From contig CM069141.1 of the NCBI GenBank assembly GCA_035221665.1, positions 54,684,001 to 54,748,000 of the forward strand: a stretch of DNA of 64,000 nucleotides, read 5' to 3'. The DNA is from Okamejei kenojei (lineage: Eukaryota). Both the position numbers and the translations under genes were made by a program. Below are positions 12,901 to 26,800 of this stretch, in pieces. Below the pieces are notes generated by a model. That model was given only the letters and a program-made list of their open reading frames with translations, ran no database searches and was not told where the DNA came from. Position 1 is the first letter of the stretch. Each line of letters starts with the position of its first letter.

Positions 12901-15900
12901 AAATCAACTGTTTGAAACATCATTAAGAAGAAAGCGAGCACTGGTGAGCTTACTAATCGCAAAGGGACTGACAGGCCCACAGCTGATGACAGAAGAATTC
13001 TCAATAGAATTCTCTCGACAGATCAGAAACACTATTCAGGAGTCAGGTGTGGATTTGTCAATGACCACTGTCCGCAGAAGACTTCATGAACAGAAATACA
13101 GAGGCTACACTGCAAGATGCAAACCACTGGTTAGCCGCAACAAATAGGATGGCCAGGTTACAGTTTGTCAAGAAGTACTTAAAATAGCAACCACAGTTCT
13201 GAAAAAAGGTCTTGTGGACAGATGAGACGAAGACTAACATATCAGAGTGATGGCAAGAGCAAAGTAGAGGGGAGAAGGAACTGCCCAATATCTAAAGCAT
13301 ACCCCTCCATCTGTGAAACACGGTGGTGGGGGTGTTATGGCCTGGGCATGTATGGCTGCTGAAGGTACTGGACTCACGTATCTTCATTGATGATACAACT
13401 GTTGATGGTAGTAGCATAATGAATTCTGAAGTGTATAGACACATCCTATCTGCTCAGGTTCAAACAAATGCCTCAAAACTCATTGGCCAGCGGTTCATTC
13501 TACGGCAAGACAATGATCCCAAACATACTGCTAAAGCAATAAAGGAGTTTTTCAAACCTAAAAAGTGCTCAATTCTTGAGCGGCCAAGTCAATCACCCGA
13601 TCTGAACCCAATTGAGCATGCCTTTTATACGCTGAAGAGAAAACTGAAGGGTACTAGCCCCCAAATTAAGTATAAGCTAAAGATGGCAGTAATACAGGCC
13701 TGGCAGAACATCACCAGAGAAGACACCCAGCAACTGATGAAGCCATTGCATGCAAAGGATATGCAACAAAATACTAAATATGACTACTTTCATTTACATG
13801 ACATTGCTATGTCCAAAATATTATGTGCCCTGAAATGGGGGGATGATGTATAAACACTGCTGCAATTGCTATAAGGTGAAACCAAATTGTGTAAAAACGC
13901 CCTTTATTAAAATCTGAGAATGTGCACTTTAACCTCATGTGATTTTTTTGATTCCAAATCTCAAATTACAGAGGCAAATAAATAAATTGAAGTACAGAGG
14001 CAAATAAATAAATTATGGGTCTTTGTCGCAAACATTATGGAGGGTTCTGTATCATAAAGGGTTGTTAGAGACTTATAGAGTGATACAGCATGGAAACAGG
14101 CCCTTCGGACCAACTTTCCCACACCTGCCAACATGTCCCAGTTACACTAGTCCCAGCTGCCCGCGTTTGGCCCATATTCTTCCAAACTGTCCTAAACATG
14201 TACCTATTTAACTGTTTCGTAATTGTTGGGAAAGTGCTTGCTTCAACTACCTCCTCTGGCAGCTTGTTTCCCCATACCCCCACCACCTTTGTGTGAAAAA
14301 AGGTACTGCTTGGATTCCTATTAAATCTTTCCCCTTCACCTTAAACCTATGTCATCTTGTCCTCGATTCGCCTACTCTGGGCAAGGGACTCTGTGCATGT
14401 AAACATTTGTGGATCTGTGCATCCATTGTTCTAACATAGTATTCTTCATGTTTATTGCAGAGTTTTTCCTCAACAGTATCACCCTATATCGTGGGGCCAC
14501 AGATCAGAGTGAACTCCAACTGAACTGTTATCTCCGAAATGAACAATTCACTTATGCTGAATGGATCTGGAGCTCACCTCTGCATCAAATTCAGAATAAA
14601 GAAATAGCAACTGCATCAAGATCTCAGCTAGTCCATCTTAACAGCACTTACTTTAAGAATCGAATGGCAACTACAATGACCACATTTTATGGATATGATT
14701 TCACTGCAAAGATTGTCCCTGTATTGTTTGAAGATGCAGGAGTTTATAAGTGTTCCATGGATTCCAATTGGATTGTGACTTTTGAACTAATCACAATGAA
14801 AGGTAGGAGAATTCATGTGCAATCAATTTCTGACCTTAAACCAGTGGAAGCAACACATTAAAAAAAGTAATAATCATCAGAGCTGCCCGTTCAAAGGCAA
14901 TGCTATGGCTTCCTCATTTAACTGTGCTCTGTTTCAGTAATAATGGATATTGCTGGGCAGACTTCTCATTTGAGTAGGATGTTTCCAAACAGTTCCGAGC
15001 TCAGGAAGCAGAGCAGAAAGGGTTGCAAAACAAAGAGCCACCACTGTTTCAGCAAGGGGAAAATGCTGTTAGAAAATGTGTGCATGCTCCAGTGACAGGA
15101 AATGTGTCGATAAATCTTCCCAGGGAACCAAAGAAACTGCATATGCTTCTGATCACTTACAGCCAGGAGGCGGAAAAGGTTGAACACANNNNNNNNNNNN
15201 NNNNNNNNNNNNNNNNNNNNNNNNNNNNNNNNNNNNNNNNNNNNNNNNNNNNNNNNNNNNNNNNNNNNNNNNNNNNNNNNNNNNNNNNNNNNNNNNNNNN
15301 NNNNNNNNNNNNNNNNNNNNNNNNACATAATTAAAACTCTGATCTTGTTATTTTCTGGTTTGCCGGTCTTTCTATTTTCGCAAAAACGGTTCACGATAGA
15401 GCTACGATTACGCACCTTTCTCCTGTGTTACGATTGCACCAAGTTTCGTTCAGATTGGTGGAGGCTGGTACGAGTTATTGAGGTTTAAAAATCTTAAAAA
15501 CTGATCGTGCACAGTTCGATTGCCTCTCCTGCCATTCAGCACCGCGCAGATTGGTCCCTTCTCATGTCACTCCGCGGGCGGTCTGCCCTTTCCTGCTGTG
15601 AGTCCCCATCACACCACCAACCCCTCCCCTCAGGTCCCCCCTGCCTACAACCCCCTCCCGCACACAACCCCACCACGCCACAACTCCCCCTCTCGCCCAC
15701 AACCCCCCCTCTCGCCCACAACCATTTGTATTGTCACTGTTGTAGGGCAACAAATAGTGAGGTCGAATAATTAGTAAATAAGGATATGGATTGTGCTAAT
15801 GTGGTGACAGGGAACTGCAGACAAAGCCAAAAAGTAGAGACATGGGATGCAGCAGAGTGATGGAATGCAGCAGATACCCGTCTCAAGAACTTCATTGATT

Positions 15901-17843
15901 ATTTTAAAGTGCGCACCCATCATTGTAACAGAAAATTGGATCTACTATTAAAAAGTTAGACTTGTGGATAATCATTTCATTCTGTTTGTCAACTAATTTG
16001 TCTTTCTGAGCTCCATTCTCTACAATTCCTCGTTTTACTGTCTGTAAAGTTTCTGTGCAAAACCTCATTTTATTATTAGTCAGGTTTCTTCAATTAAGAC
16101 CGTGTTTTACTGTTAATCAAGTCTCAGTGCAACACCTCGTTTTGTTGTTCGTCAAGTTCATGCAATTAAGAATTAATTTTATAGCCAAGTTTCTGAGTAA
16201 TCTTGTAATCTAAGAATATAAAAAACATACCAAAGTCACATTTGGAGATCAGCTTGACTAGTCTCCTGGTGCGCATTGGTTTTAATAAATCGCCCGTTTC
16301 TTCAAACATCAACTCCACATACCCATTCCATTTTGCTCCTTGAATCGCTTATTCTTGATCTGATCAACTGGGGACACGTCCCCTTTTCAAGATGTCTCCT
16401 GGCCTCTTAATTTTGAGGGGAAACTACTGAAATCATCTGTTGGAGTGGTGATAGGATCCTGATTTAAAACAGTCTATTGAGGGTTTGACATAAAGTGCTG
16501 GAGTAACACAGCAAGTCAGATGGGATCTCAAGCACATGGAGAGGTGATCCTACCTGTGTTTTGGGTCGGGACCCTTCTTCAGACTAATTGAATTGATAAG
16601 GTGGAGAAGGATGTGGGGGCACGAAAAAGCCTGGCAAATGATAGGTGAATACAGGTGGGGGGGGGGGGGGGGGGGGGGGGTGTTGATTGGCAGAAGGGTG
16701 AACAGAGATGAAAAGGAGACAAAAAGGGATGTTGGATAAGGAGAGGAGTGACATTGAAAGCCAGAGGGAGGAATATAGGTGGAAGGAGATAGGGGGAAAG
16801 GGAAAGTAGGATGGGATTGTGGGACACCTGGGTGTGCACCTGGATAGGGGAAGGCACAGGAAATGGAAGGGGAAAGGGGAGCGTTACTTAAAATTTGAGA
16901 TTTCATTGTTCATACAGTTATTTGTGGTTTCATGAGCTGCACCCAGCCTGTGAATGCAGGGGATATATGTTTGACTATTTAAATGGCAGAGCTATGGAGC
17001 CTTCAATACTTTCTGAGATGTTAGTTGAGTTGAATTGAGTTGAGCTGAGTTGTGTTTAGAGAAATAACATGGAAACTGGCCCTTCGGCCACCAAGTCCAC
17101 CCTAACCATTGATCAAACTAGATCCATGCTATCCCACTTTTGCATCCATTCCCAACACACTGGGGGCAAGTAATTAGAGGCCAATTGTCCTACAAACCCA
17201 TACATGTTTGGTATGTGGGAGGAAACCAGAACACCCAGAGGAAACCTACACAGTTACAGGGAGAAAATGTAAACTCCGTACAGACCCATGTTTTAACAAC
17301 AGTGAACAGTGCATGAGATCATATTAACAGCAAATTTGTGGGAGCTTTCACCTGGAAATGATTTTAAGATTGCAAGTTTAGGCCGTATGAGCAGAAAGAG
17401 AAACAGAATTAATCTATACAAAGGATCACAGAACTGAAATTTTATTTCTGCTCCTCTTTCAACAATGTTGTTTGACCTGCAGGGTGCTTCTGTTATTTTC
17501 AGTTTTTATTTCAGATTTCCAACATTTCCAGCTTCTTGGATTTTTGGTGTAGATGGTTCACCCTGGACAGCAGAGAAAGATATCAGGACATATACATTTG
17601 TCACCCCCAAAAGATCCCTTTTAATGACTGATATCACCTTCCATTGAATTGTGCAATTTTTTCTTTATTCCATGTTATACAGTTCCACAACTGACGTTCT
17701 GGCACCTCCTTTATTCCAGACAAATCACTAGAGAACACTTGAAATCCCTCTCGGAAATCATCTAAAAAATGTGACACCTAGGCTGGGTGAGGCGGCCGAT
17801 CTCGACATCATCAGGACTTCCGCGGCCAAACAATGGGTCTAAT

Positions 17844-17878
<35 letters not shown>

Positions 17879-20800
17879 TGGTCAGGGCTCTGGAACTTTG
17901 GCCTGGCCATAGCTGGCAGATCTGTTCCCATAGTCAACTTCCAAGGCCAATTGTGCGGGATGGAATCTCGCCCCTCTGGCGGCCTAGGCAGACCCTTCCA
18001 GTATCGTTTGACTCCTGTTGGAGATCGTGACCTCTTGGTCTGGCAAAACGGATAATCCAGAAAGGCTCTGGAACCTATTGTGCTGGAAAATCGGTAGTGG
18101 ACCTGTACCTGTTTTTCAGATTATTGGCCCAGAATGCTGGTGATGTATCAAATGATAAAATTCATATTCAAAATCTAAAATTATTATCTTCTTTCCAAAG
18201 TTACAGCTGAAGAGACTGAGGGGAGACACTATTACCTTGACCTGCTCTGTGTCTCATGTCACTGAATCAATGAAACTTGTGTGGATTAATGGCAATGACA
18301 GATATGTTGGAGAAAAGACTCTGACTGGGGATGAGAAATCAGTGAGGCTGACAATTCAGAAAGCTGATGAAGACCAATGGGACTGGAAGTGTGGTGTGTT
18401 TTCTCTAGACAGGCCTCGGCTATTCATCCCATTTTATTTGGATCCCAGTGGTAAGTAACTTGACAAGGTGTTTGCTTTTTATACTGTATTTATCTGTGAT
18501 TATACATGGGTTGCGTTCCTAGAAAACCATCCATGTCTTGATAGGGCGGCACGGTGGCGCAGTGGTAGAGTTGCTGCCTTTCAGTGCCAGAGACCCTGAT
18601 TTGATCTTGACGACAGATGCTGTCTGTACGGAGTTTGAGTTTTCTCCCTGTGACTGCATGGGTTTTCTCTGGGTGCTCTGGTTCCTTCTCACACTCCCAA
18701 GGTTTGTGGGTTAAATGGCTTCTGTAAATTGTAAATGTCCATGGTGTGTAGGATAATGGTAGTGTACAGGGTGATTGTTAGTCAGTGTGGATATGGTGGG
18801 CTGAAGGGCCTGCTCTCAAAAGTCTAAAGTGTTTGCATATTTAACAGAACAACACAAATGGTTTTCCCGGGATGCAACCCATTACAATGCAAACCATTGC
18901 GATATGGAAAATCAATTACACAACTGGGAAATAGTCAACCAGTCAGCATTGGAGGAGTTCCTTCTGTATAGGATTGGTTCAAGAGAGCAACTCATAAACA
19001 TCTACACAAGGACCATTACAATCAAGCACTGCCCCAGTTCTCCACAGTTGGAAAATTTGCAACTGTTTCTTCCACATTTTGTGTTTAGAAGATTATTTTT
19101 TCCTCACATAAATTCAATTGTGATTCTTTCATTCCATATCTCAAATGTTTTGGTCGTGTTTGTGAATTCAATGAGTGCAAGTTTCCATTACCCTTGGAAT
19201 CTCATCAGAATATTCCTGTAACTTCCTCCTATGGATACTATGTTGGAAACCCCCATCGATGGATGAAACCTGAGAATTATATTTTATTTACTTCAAGAGT
19301 GCTTGGCATACTTACAAAGTCAGCATTTATTTCCCAATATTAACTTTTCTTATAAAGATATTGGTGAACCAATCCAATACATATGTAATGCAGAAAACAA
19401 ACTCAAAAGCCTGTCATTCTCTTTGAGATATCACACTTGGCAAAGTATATATATTTTAAATTTAATGAGCTAAATGAATAGAATGGTATCTTGCAAAAGT
19501 TTGGATTTGAGAAATTCCATTCCATTATAAATTATAATCATAATCATAATCATAATCATATTTTATTAGCCAAGTACGTTTTGCAACATGAGGAATTTCA
19601 TTTGCCATACAGTCTTACCAATAAAAAGCAGCAGAACACACAAAATACATTTAAAAATAAACATCCACCACAGTGACTCCTCCACATTCCGCACTGTGAT
19701 GGAAGATGAAAAAAAGTTTAATCACTTCCCTTCTTTGTTCTCCCTCGGTCGGGGGCCTTCAGCCTTCCATTTACGGGACGATCTTGGCTCCTGTAGTCAG
19801 TGGCATTTAGGCACTTGCGTCGGGGTGATCAAGCTCCTGCATTGAGGGGATCTCAGCTCCCCCGTGCCGGGCGATCTGGCCCTGGGTCGGGGCTGGTCAA
19901 AACCTTCTGCGTCGTTTGGAACTCCCAATCTACAATCTCTACCCGAGACTGCAAGCTCGTTGATGGTGTAATCCACAGGCCACGGTTGGAGCGTCGATCG
20001 CAGGCAAAGGATCGGTTCCGATGGTAACTCCACGTCCCCGCGGTGGGGCTCAAAGTCAGTCCTGAGCAAGGCCTCCAGCTCCATGATGTTAGGCTGCAGA
20101 GCGACCGTCCAGAAAACGATCGCATCACTGGCAAGGGAAGAGATTGAAAAAAGGTTTCCCCCGACCCCCTCTCCACCCCCCACATAAAACAAACCAGAGA
20201 ACATTACAAAGGATACAAATGATACAAATGACATTTATTATTACATACACCAATTGGTGTAGTGAAATTTGACTTGTCATTGCAGCACACAAATAAAGAT
20301 AAAACACAACATTAAAGAATTTAACAATAAACATAAAAACATGCCCCCACAATGGTTCCCACTGTGGGGGATGGCATCAAAAGTCCAGTCCCGTCCCCTG
20401 TTCACCCATTGTCGGGCCTATTGAGGCCTCCGCAGTCGCCGCTATGTCAGCCCGATGCTTCAGGCCCTCTCGCCGGATGATGAAGCTCTGGCGTTGGGTG
20501 AACACTCTCAGCGCCTCGGAGTATATGGAGCGACCGTTTCATCCGCGGAGACCGCGGCTCCCAAAGTCCATGGGTCGCGCTGGTCGGAGCTCCGACTCTG
20601 TCGACCTCGGCGTGAGATCCCAGGCTCTGCGGTGTTTAAGCTGAGTGCCGCTGGAAGCTCCACAGACCGCAGCTCCGCAATGTTGGAGTCGGCGGTCACA
20701 GCACTGGGGAGCTTACCGCACTGCGACCCGGGAAAGGCATCGCCCGCTCCATGATGGTGCCTCAGCGCTGCACCGCCGCCGAAGCTGACATCCTGGCCGG

Positions 20801-23800
20801 TCCCGGCAGTAGACGCCGCTCCAGACTGCCGGTAGGCCGCGAGGAAGGGGCAAAAACACGGCTCGGAGAAAAGCCGCATCTCCGACCAGGTAGGGACTGA
20901 GAAAAATAGTTTCCCCCCCACCACATAAAAAGACTAGAAGACCTCCAAAACAAACACTTTTAACTCACTAAAAATAAAAAAAAAGGGTGAAAGGACTAAC
21001 AGCTGCTGGCAGGGCAGCCATATGCGATGGCGCCCCCTACGTACATATGTTAAAGGGCCTGTCCCACTTTCACGACCAAATTCATGACCTTTTTTACTCA
21101 TGGACATTTTTCATCATGTTGAAAAAATGCCCCGACCTACTTGATGCCACGAGTACCTATGACTAACATCACGACCTACCTACGACCTTGTGAAGAACCA
21201 TGCTGCGAGTATGAGTCAAGGGCAAACTCAGCAGAGGTCGTGGATTAGGTTGTGAAAGTGGGACAGGCCTTTAACACATACTTTTAAAACACACCGCTCC
21301 CTATTGATGATAGACAGAGTTTCTGTGAGAAATGGACTGTTCCTTTTCCAGCAGGACTGTAGTGAACTCTGGAGTGAATGTTCTGTGTCACTTCTGTACA
21401 CACCTGCAAATTTACCAAAGACAAATTCTCTTTCATACTAATAATTACACATTTGAATTGAGGTCCGATTTTACAACGTCTATTCGCTTTTCCTTGCAGG
21501 AAGTGGGAATTCCATTTACTTTTTCCACCAGGAAGGCAAATTTGTGTTGAAAGGACCAGACAGTCCTGGAAATGGCCCCATTGTCTGGGAATGGAGGCCA
21601 CACTCAGGGCAACAAACCACAAAGCGATTGGCCACTTTTCACAGAGATGATCAGCGGTGGGCCGTACAATGGAGTGATGAGTACAATCAAATACCAGGCA
21701 TTTCCCAGAGGATGCATGCGGACTGGGGTACCCTTAATCTGAGGATCAGGAAGCCCATCTTTGAACATGCTGGTCTTTTCACCTGGACTCAGACACAGCC
21801 TGGACGGAAAATCCTGAGACAGTGGGAACTATTTGGAATCAAAGGTAAGTCCAGAAATGAATGAAGAAACAGCACAAATATTTCAAATATGTAGTTTCCA
21901 CCTTGTCCTTATTGTTAAGTTAGAAAAACTATTACAGAATAAATGGGTTGTATTGTGCTTGATCTAACGGACTGCCTGCCCTCGCCTACCTCCTTGTCCC
22001 AAGGAGATGTGAATAATTTGTGGCGCTGCAGTTCTTGACCAGCTTTGAACACCTAGTTCCACAATCGGGGATACAGCCTGTGAGTCGTAACTAATTCTCT
22101 GCATGATGCATCCTGATCCCACTTCCAACTCCACCCTGACTCCCTTTTACAACTATTTTTTACTGCATTCAACTGCCTCGGACGATCCAAGGATTTCTAA
22201 AAGATTTAAAGTCAGTTTAAGGCACTCACAGTGCCAGACACCCGTGTTCAATCCTGACCTCTGGTGCTGTCTGCGTGGAGTTTGCACATTCTCCCTACAT
22301 TCTTTTGGGTTTCCACTGGGTGCTCCAGTTTCCTCCCACATACCAATGATGTGCAGGTTTGCAGATTAATTAGCCTCTGTAAATTAACCCTAAAGTGCAG
22401 TGAGGGGATGAGAAAGAGGGATAACAGAACTAGTGTGTTCAGGTGGTTGATGGTCAGCGTGGACTTGGTGGGACGAAGGACCGGTTTACATGCTACATTT
22501 TAATCAAATAATTGTAGAATGTTTTAAATAGTTTCACAAGATACAAATAATCATTATATTTAAAAACACGTAAAATATCAACAGACTATGAAATATGGAA
22601 AAATAAAATAAAACCTTAGCCATGCCTGCCCTATAATAACGGTGGCCCACAATACAGATGGGTTGCACCAAGCTGGATAGGTGAAACTGAGAGGTTGGGT
22701 ATGAAACGTGTTGGGCCCTTAAATTCAGTGACAATTCACTGAAAACTCCTGGACCCAGAGACAGAGAGAGTGGGCAGTTCCACCTGCTCCTAACACAGCA
22801 TTCATACTATTAGGCTGTAGATGCAGAGACCTGCAATGTGCTGACATTACATTACCACCAGCTGATGGTTCTAGGTGGACCCATTGACTTCCACCCTCTC
22901 ATTAACAAAGTCAGCCTGCTAAAAGTTATTTCATGAAAATATTGTAAGATGGCTGCTTTGAGTTAAACAGATGGTCTGCAGTGGGAAAATAACCTTTTTT
23001 GTTAAGCATATACAGTTACAGTACAGCAATGTAAAGGACTAACGTATTTCCTTCACTTGAGTGCAAAAAGTGAAAATCAGGATACTCAGGTGAGGTTTAA
23101 AGTCCCATGACACGAGGAAAGTTAATGACAGGGATCTGAAACACTGGTTTGCAGTGCCAAGCTCATTGATTACCCTACCTGAGGAAAAAGTCTTTGTGCA
23201 TCCACCCTATCTAATCCACTCCTGATTTTATACACCTTTATAAGATTATCTCTCAGCCTCCAGATTTCCAAATAATAAAGTCCTTGCCTGCCCAATCTCT
23301 GCAAATAACTCAGGCCCTCAGGTCCTTGCAATATCCTTGTAACTTGACGGGTCAGGTTTTGTTGGCACAGAGAATGGTGGGCGAGAGTGGTGTGTAATCA
23401 GGTCTTGGTTGGCAGATTGGCATCCAGGGAGTTGGGGTAAGGGGCACTGGTTGGGTTGGGATGAGTGTCACTAGATGCTGGTGGAGTTCATCCAGAGGGT
23501 GTAGTAGATAGTGGCGGTGGAAAGCATGAGGGAGAGCTAGTGAATTATATTACATGAAGCGGTTGACTTGAGAGGGTGGGGTTTCCAGCCCTCGAGCCCA
23601 CAGACGGGGACAAGCCTAAACTCTGAAGGTGCATGAGTGGCCGGCAGACAATGCAGGGCAAAGTTAACCTAATTCCATGGAGGAGCAGGTAGATGAAATG
23701 AGGGAGATGATGGGACCAAGGGGGACAGGTGGTCACTACCTGGAAATGTTGATACCATCACTGCTCAGCATTCGGCTGACTGTCTGTTTGCAGGAAATAT

Positions 23801-26800
23801 ATAATTCTGCCCGCAGTAGTTCAGAAAGCTGGTGGGGAACTGAACCACACGTCATGTGCCTGTTTCCACAGTTGAGGCAGACTCACCGAGGCCAGTAATG
23901 GGCAGTGACATCACCCTCAGCTGTACCATCTCCAGACTCCCAGATACCGTCAGTCTTCACTGGAAACCAAGAGGCTCATCTCAGCAGAACAGGAGGAACA
24001 CCACTAATCAGATCCGTCTGAATAACACCCTCTATCTGATGGTCCAACACATTGGAGCAGGAAATCCCAATCTGTACACATGGGAAGCGCAGAGAAATGG
24101 CTCCATTGTTCTTACTGCAAACACAAATATTGAAGTGGATCAGGGTGAGTCCAGAGCTGCCTTGCAGCAGGTATTAAATAGTTCCAGAACATCTGTATCT
24201 CAGCATCTGTAGAAATCTAATTCTTTGTTCCCCGACCCTCTCTTGCAGATTTACATAATAAGACGTACACAGTTTATCGTTCAGTCACAGATCACAATAA
24301 ACTAGACCTGATTTGTGAAGCTTCTGCTGAGTTTATTGAAACCAAATGGACTTGGAGATCACAACATTTCCAGAATCAAGAGAAGGTAATAGCTTCAACT
24401 TGCAGGTCTGAGCCGATCCATATCAAGAGGAGCTACTTTGAGGATCGACTGGAAATCATAACGGGAAATTTAAACAGCAAGAATTTCAGTGTGAGGATTG
24501 TCCCTATACGATTTGAAGATGCCGGAGTTTATACATGTTCTGTGAGTTCATATGAATATGTAACCATTGAACTAATCACCGTTACAGGTAGGTCATAGAA
24601 TGTTGCCACCACTTTCAATGATAAAGTAATTCTGATGCAGAATATGACTTTTGTGCAAATATCCCCAAATATTTAGGATGGCACTGTAGTGCAGCGGTAG
24701 AGCTGCAGCCTCAGAGAGCTGGATTCAATCCTGAGCTCAGGTGCTGTCTGTGTGGAGTTTACATGTTCTCCCTGTGATCATGTGGGTTTCCTCCCAGTGT
24801 TTCAGTTTAGTCCAACATCCCAAAGATGTGCTGGATTAGTCTCTGTAAATTGTCCCTGGTGTGTAGTGGTATAACTAGCGTGAACGGGTGATCAACACAA
24901 AGGTATTCCCATTTTATTGAGTAAAAAAATTGCCCTAATATGATATCACAAGGCTGCATATTGAATGATAATATTAATAATAAGGTGGATAAATTTGATT
25001 CACACAGTTAGTAATGTGTTAGTCACAAAAGTAAACGTTTTAAATCCCATAGCCCATTAATGCCTTGAATCTGAAGCACAAGTACGAAGTCTGAGGACAT
25101 AAGGAACTGCAGGCGCTGGGATCATGAGCAAAGCATAAAGTGCTGGAGGCACTTAGTGGGTCTGGCAGCATCTGTGGAGGGAATGGACTGACGACATTAC
25201 AAGGAGACTGAAAAAGGCTCCCACCTGAAACAGCATCTGTCCACTCCCTCCTCAGATGCTGCCTGACCTGCTGAGTGTGGGGGTCGGACTGTGAATGCGA
25301 GGTCTTCTTGGGGTGAGGGTCTGCTACCAGGGATTTGAGTGGGAATAAGTTTAGAGGTTAGCCCTGTGATGGGATGGAAAAGGGGTTTCCTCACTAAGTA
25401 AACAATGGAAACCTACCTACACCTGGTTCACATCACTGATCTGACACATGATCAGGCAGGGGCCCTTCAAGATGTACACCAGCTAAGCCAAAGGCAGGTT
25501 GGAAACTTGCCCCAGCAGAACCAAGTTGTGCTCTCAATGACCACCAACACCAATGAAAATCAATGCAACCCATATCTGAAGTCCTCCATGTGCTGGTTCA
25601 CGAGAGGAACCAGGAACACAAATTGTGCAGCTCATGATCCATGCTGTCAATCCCTGATATTCACAACTTCATTTTCACCAACAATGGTTTATTAACACAT
25701 GTCAACATGGCTTTAACCTAAACAATCTTTAAACATTAGTTTCGAGGTGACATTGGTAATTCATTTCATTCAAATCCTCTTATAACACGCCCAACATTTT
25801 ATTGAACCCATAAGTACCAGTTTCTTTTTTGAACGTACTGATCTTGCCACCCATATCCATTTTCAAATCATTCATGTAGATTACATACAGCACATCATTG
25901 TAGGACATCATTAGTCACAGGCATTCAGGTGCAAAACAACCCGCTATCATCATCTTCTGTCTCCTGTTGCCGTATATGATGGGCACGGCTGTTGGCTGTT
26001 TGCAAATAAACCTTCCCCTCCTCTGCCCCATGTTCACTGGTCCTTGGTGATATCACACAGAGATCCAACCTCTGCCCATGTATTGGGACACAGCCCTCTC
26101 TCCACTTTTCTCATCAAAGGCTTGATTATAATGGGGGATTCTGAAATGTCCATGGTATCTCCCCATTTCTTCATTTATCTGAGAGTGGTATTGATGTTGG
26201 TGTATTATTGTCACGTGTACCAAGATACAGTGAAAAACGTCTGCTTGTGCGCTATCCAGGCAAATCATACCATGTCACCATGCTATACATGAGTGGTTGT
26301 AGTCAGTGGAATGTCCCAGTTAAGATTAATTTGTCCCTGGAGGAGGAAGAGTGTTGCGGCCAGCACCGCAAACAAGGACAGTGTTGGGGGCAGCTGCAGT
26401 GGCACTTGATTGAGCAATGCTTTTGAAAAATGTATAAGATTGAGAAAACTCAATTGTGCAACATAATTTTACGTAATGTCAGTGGTGTTTTTGAATTGGC
26501 CATGTACGTATCAGGTATTTACAGAAAATAGTACACTTGGGTAGAGACTATGGCCGTTGTTTAAAATCACAATGATTTTCTTGCTTAAACAGTCACAGCA
26601 GAGCCGTCTGATGCAGTGACTGAGGGAGACACCGTTACCCTGACCTGCTCTGTGTCTCACAACACCAAACCAATGAGACTGGTTTGGATCAATGATGATG
26701 ACAAAACAGTGAAAGAGGAAACATTTAAGGAGCAACATGAAGGGAAATCTTTACAGCTGATTATTCCAAAAGCCGATGGAGCCAGAAGGAAGTGGAAATG

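Noticed and set aside
18543-18620. tRNA genes
   Set aside because: The tRNA-like heads belong to dispersed V-SINE copies.
18451-21499. A boundary between two separate 4-domain genes
   Set aside because: I found no TM or leader exon in this interval, which is mostly repeats. The D4 donor and D5 acceptor are phase-compatible.
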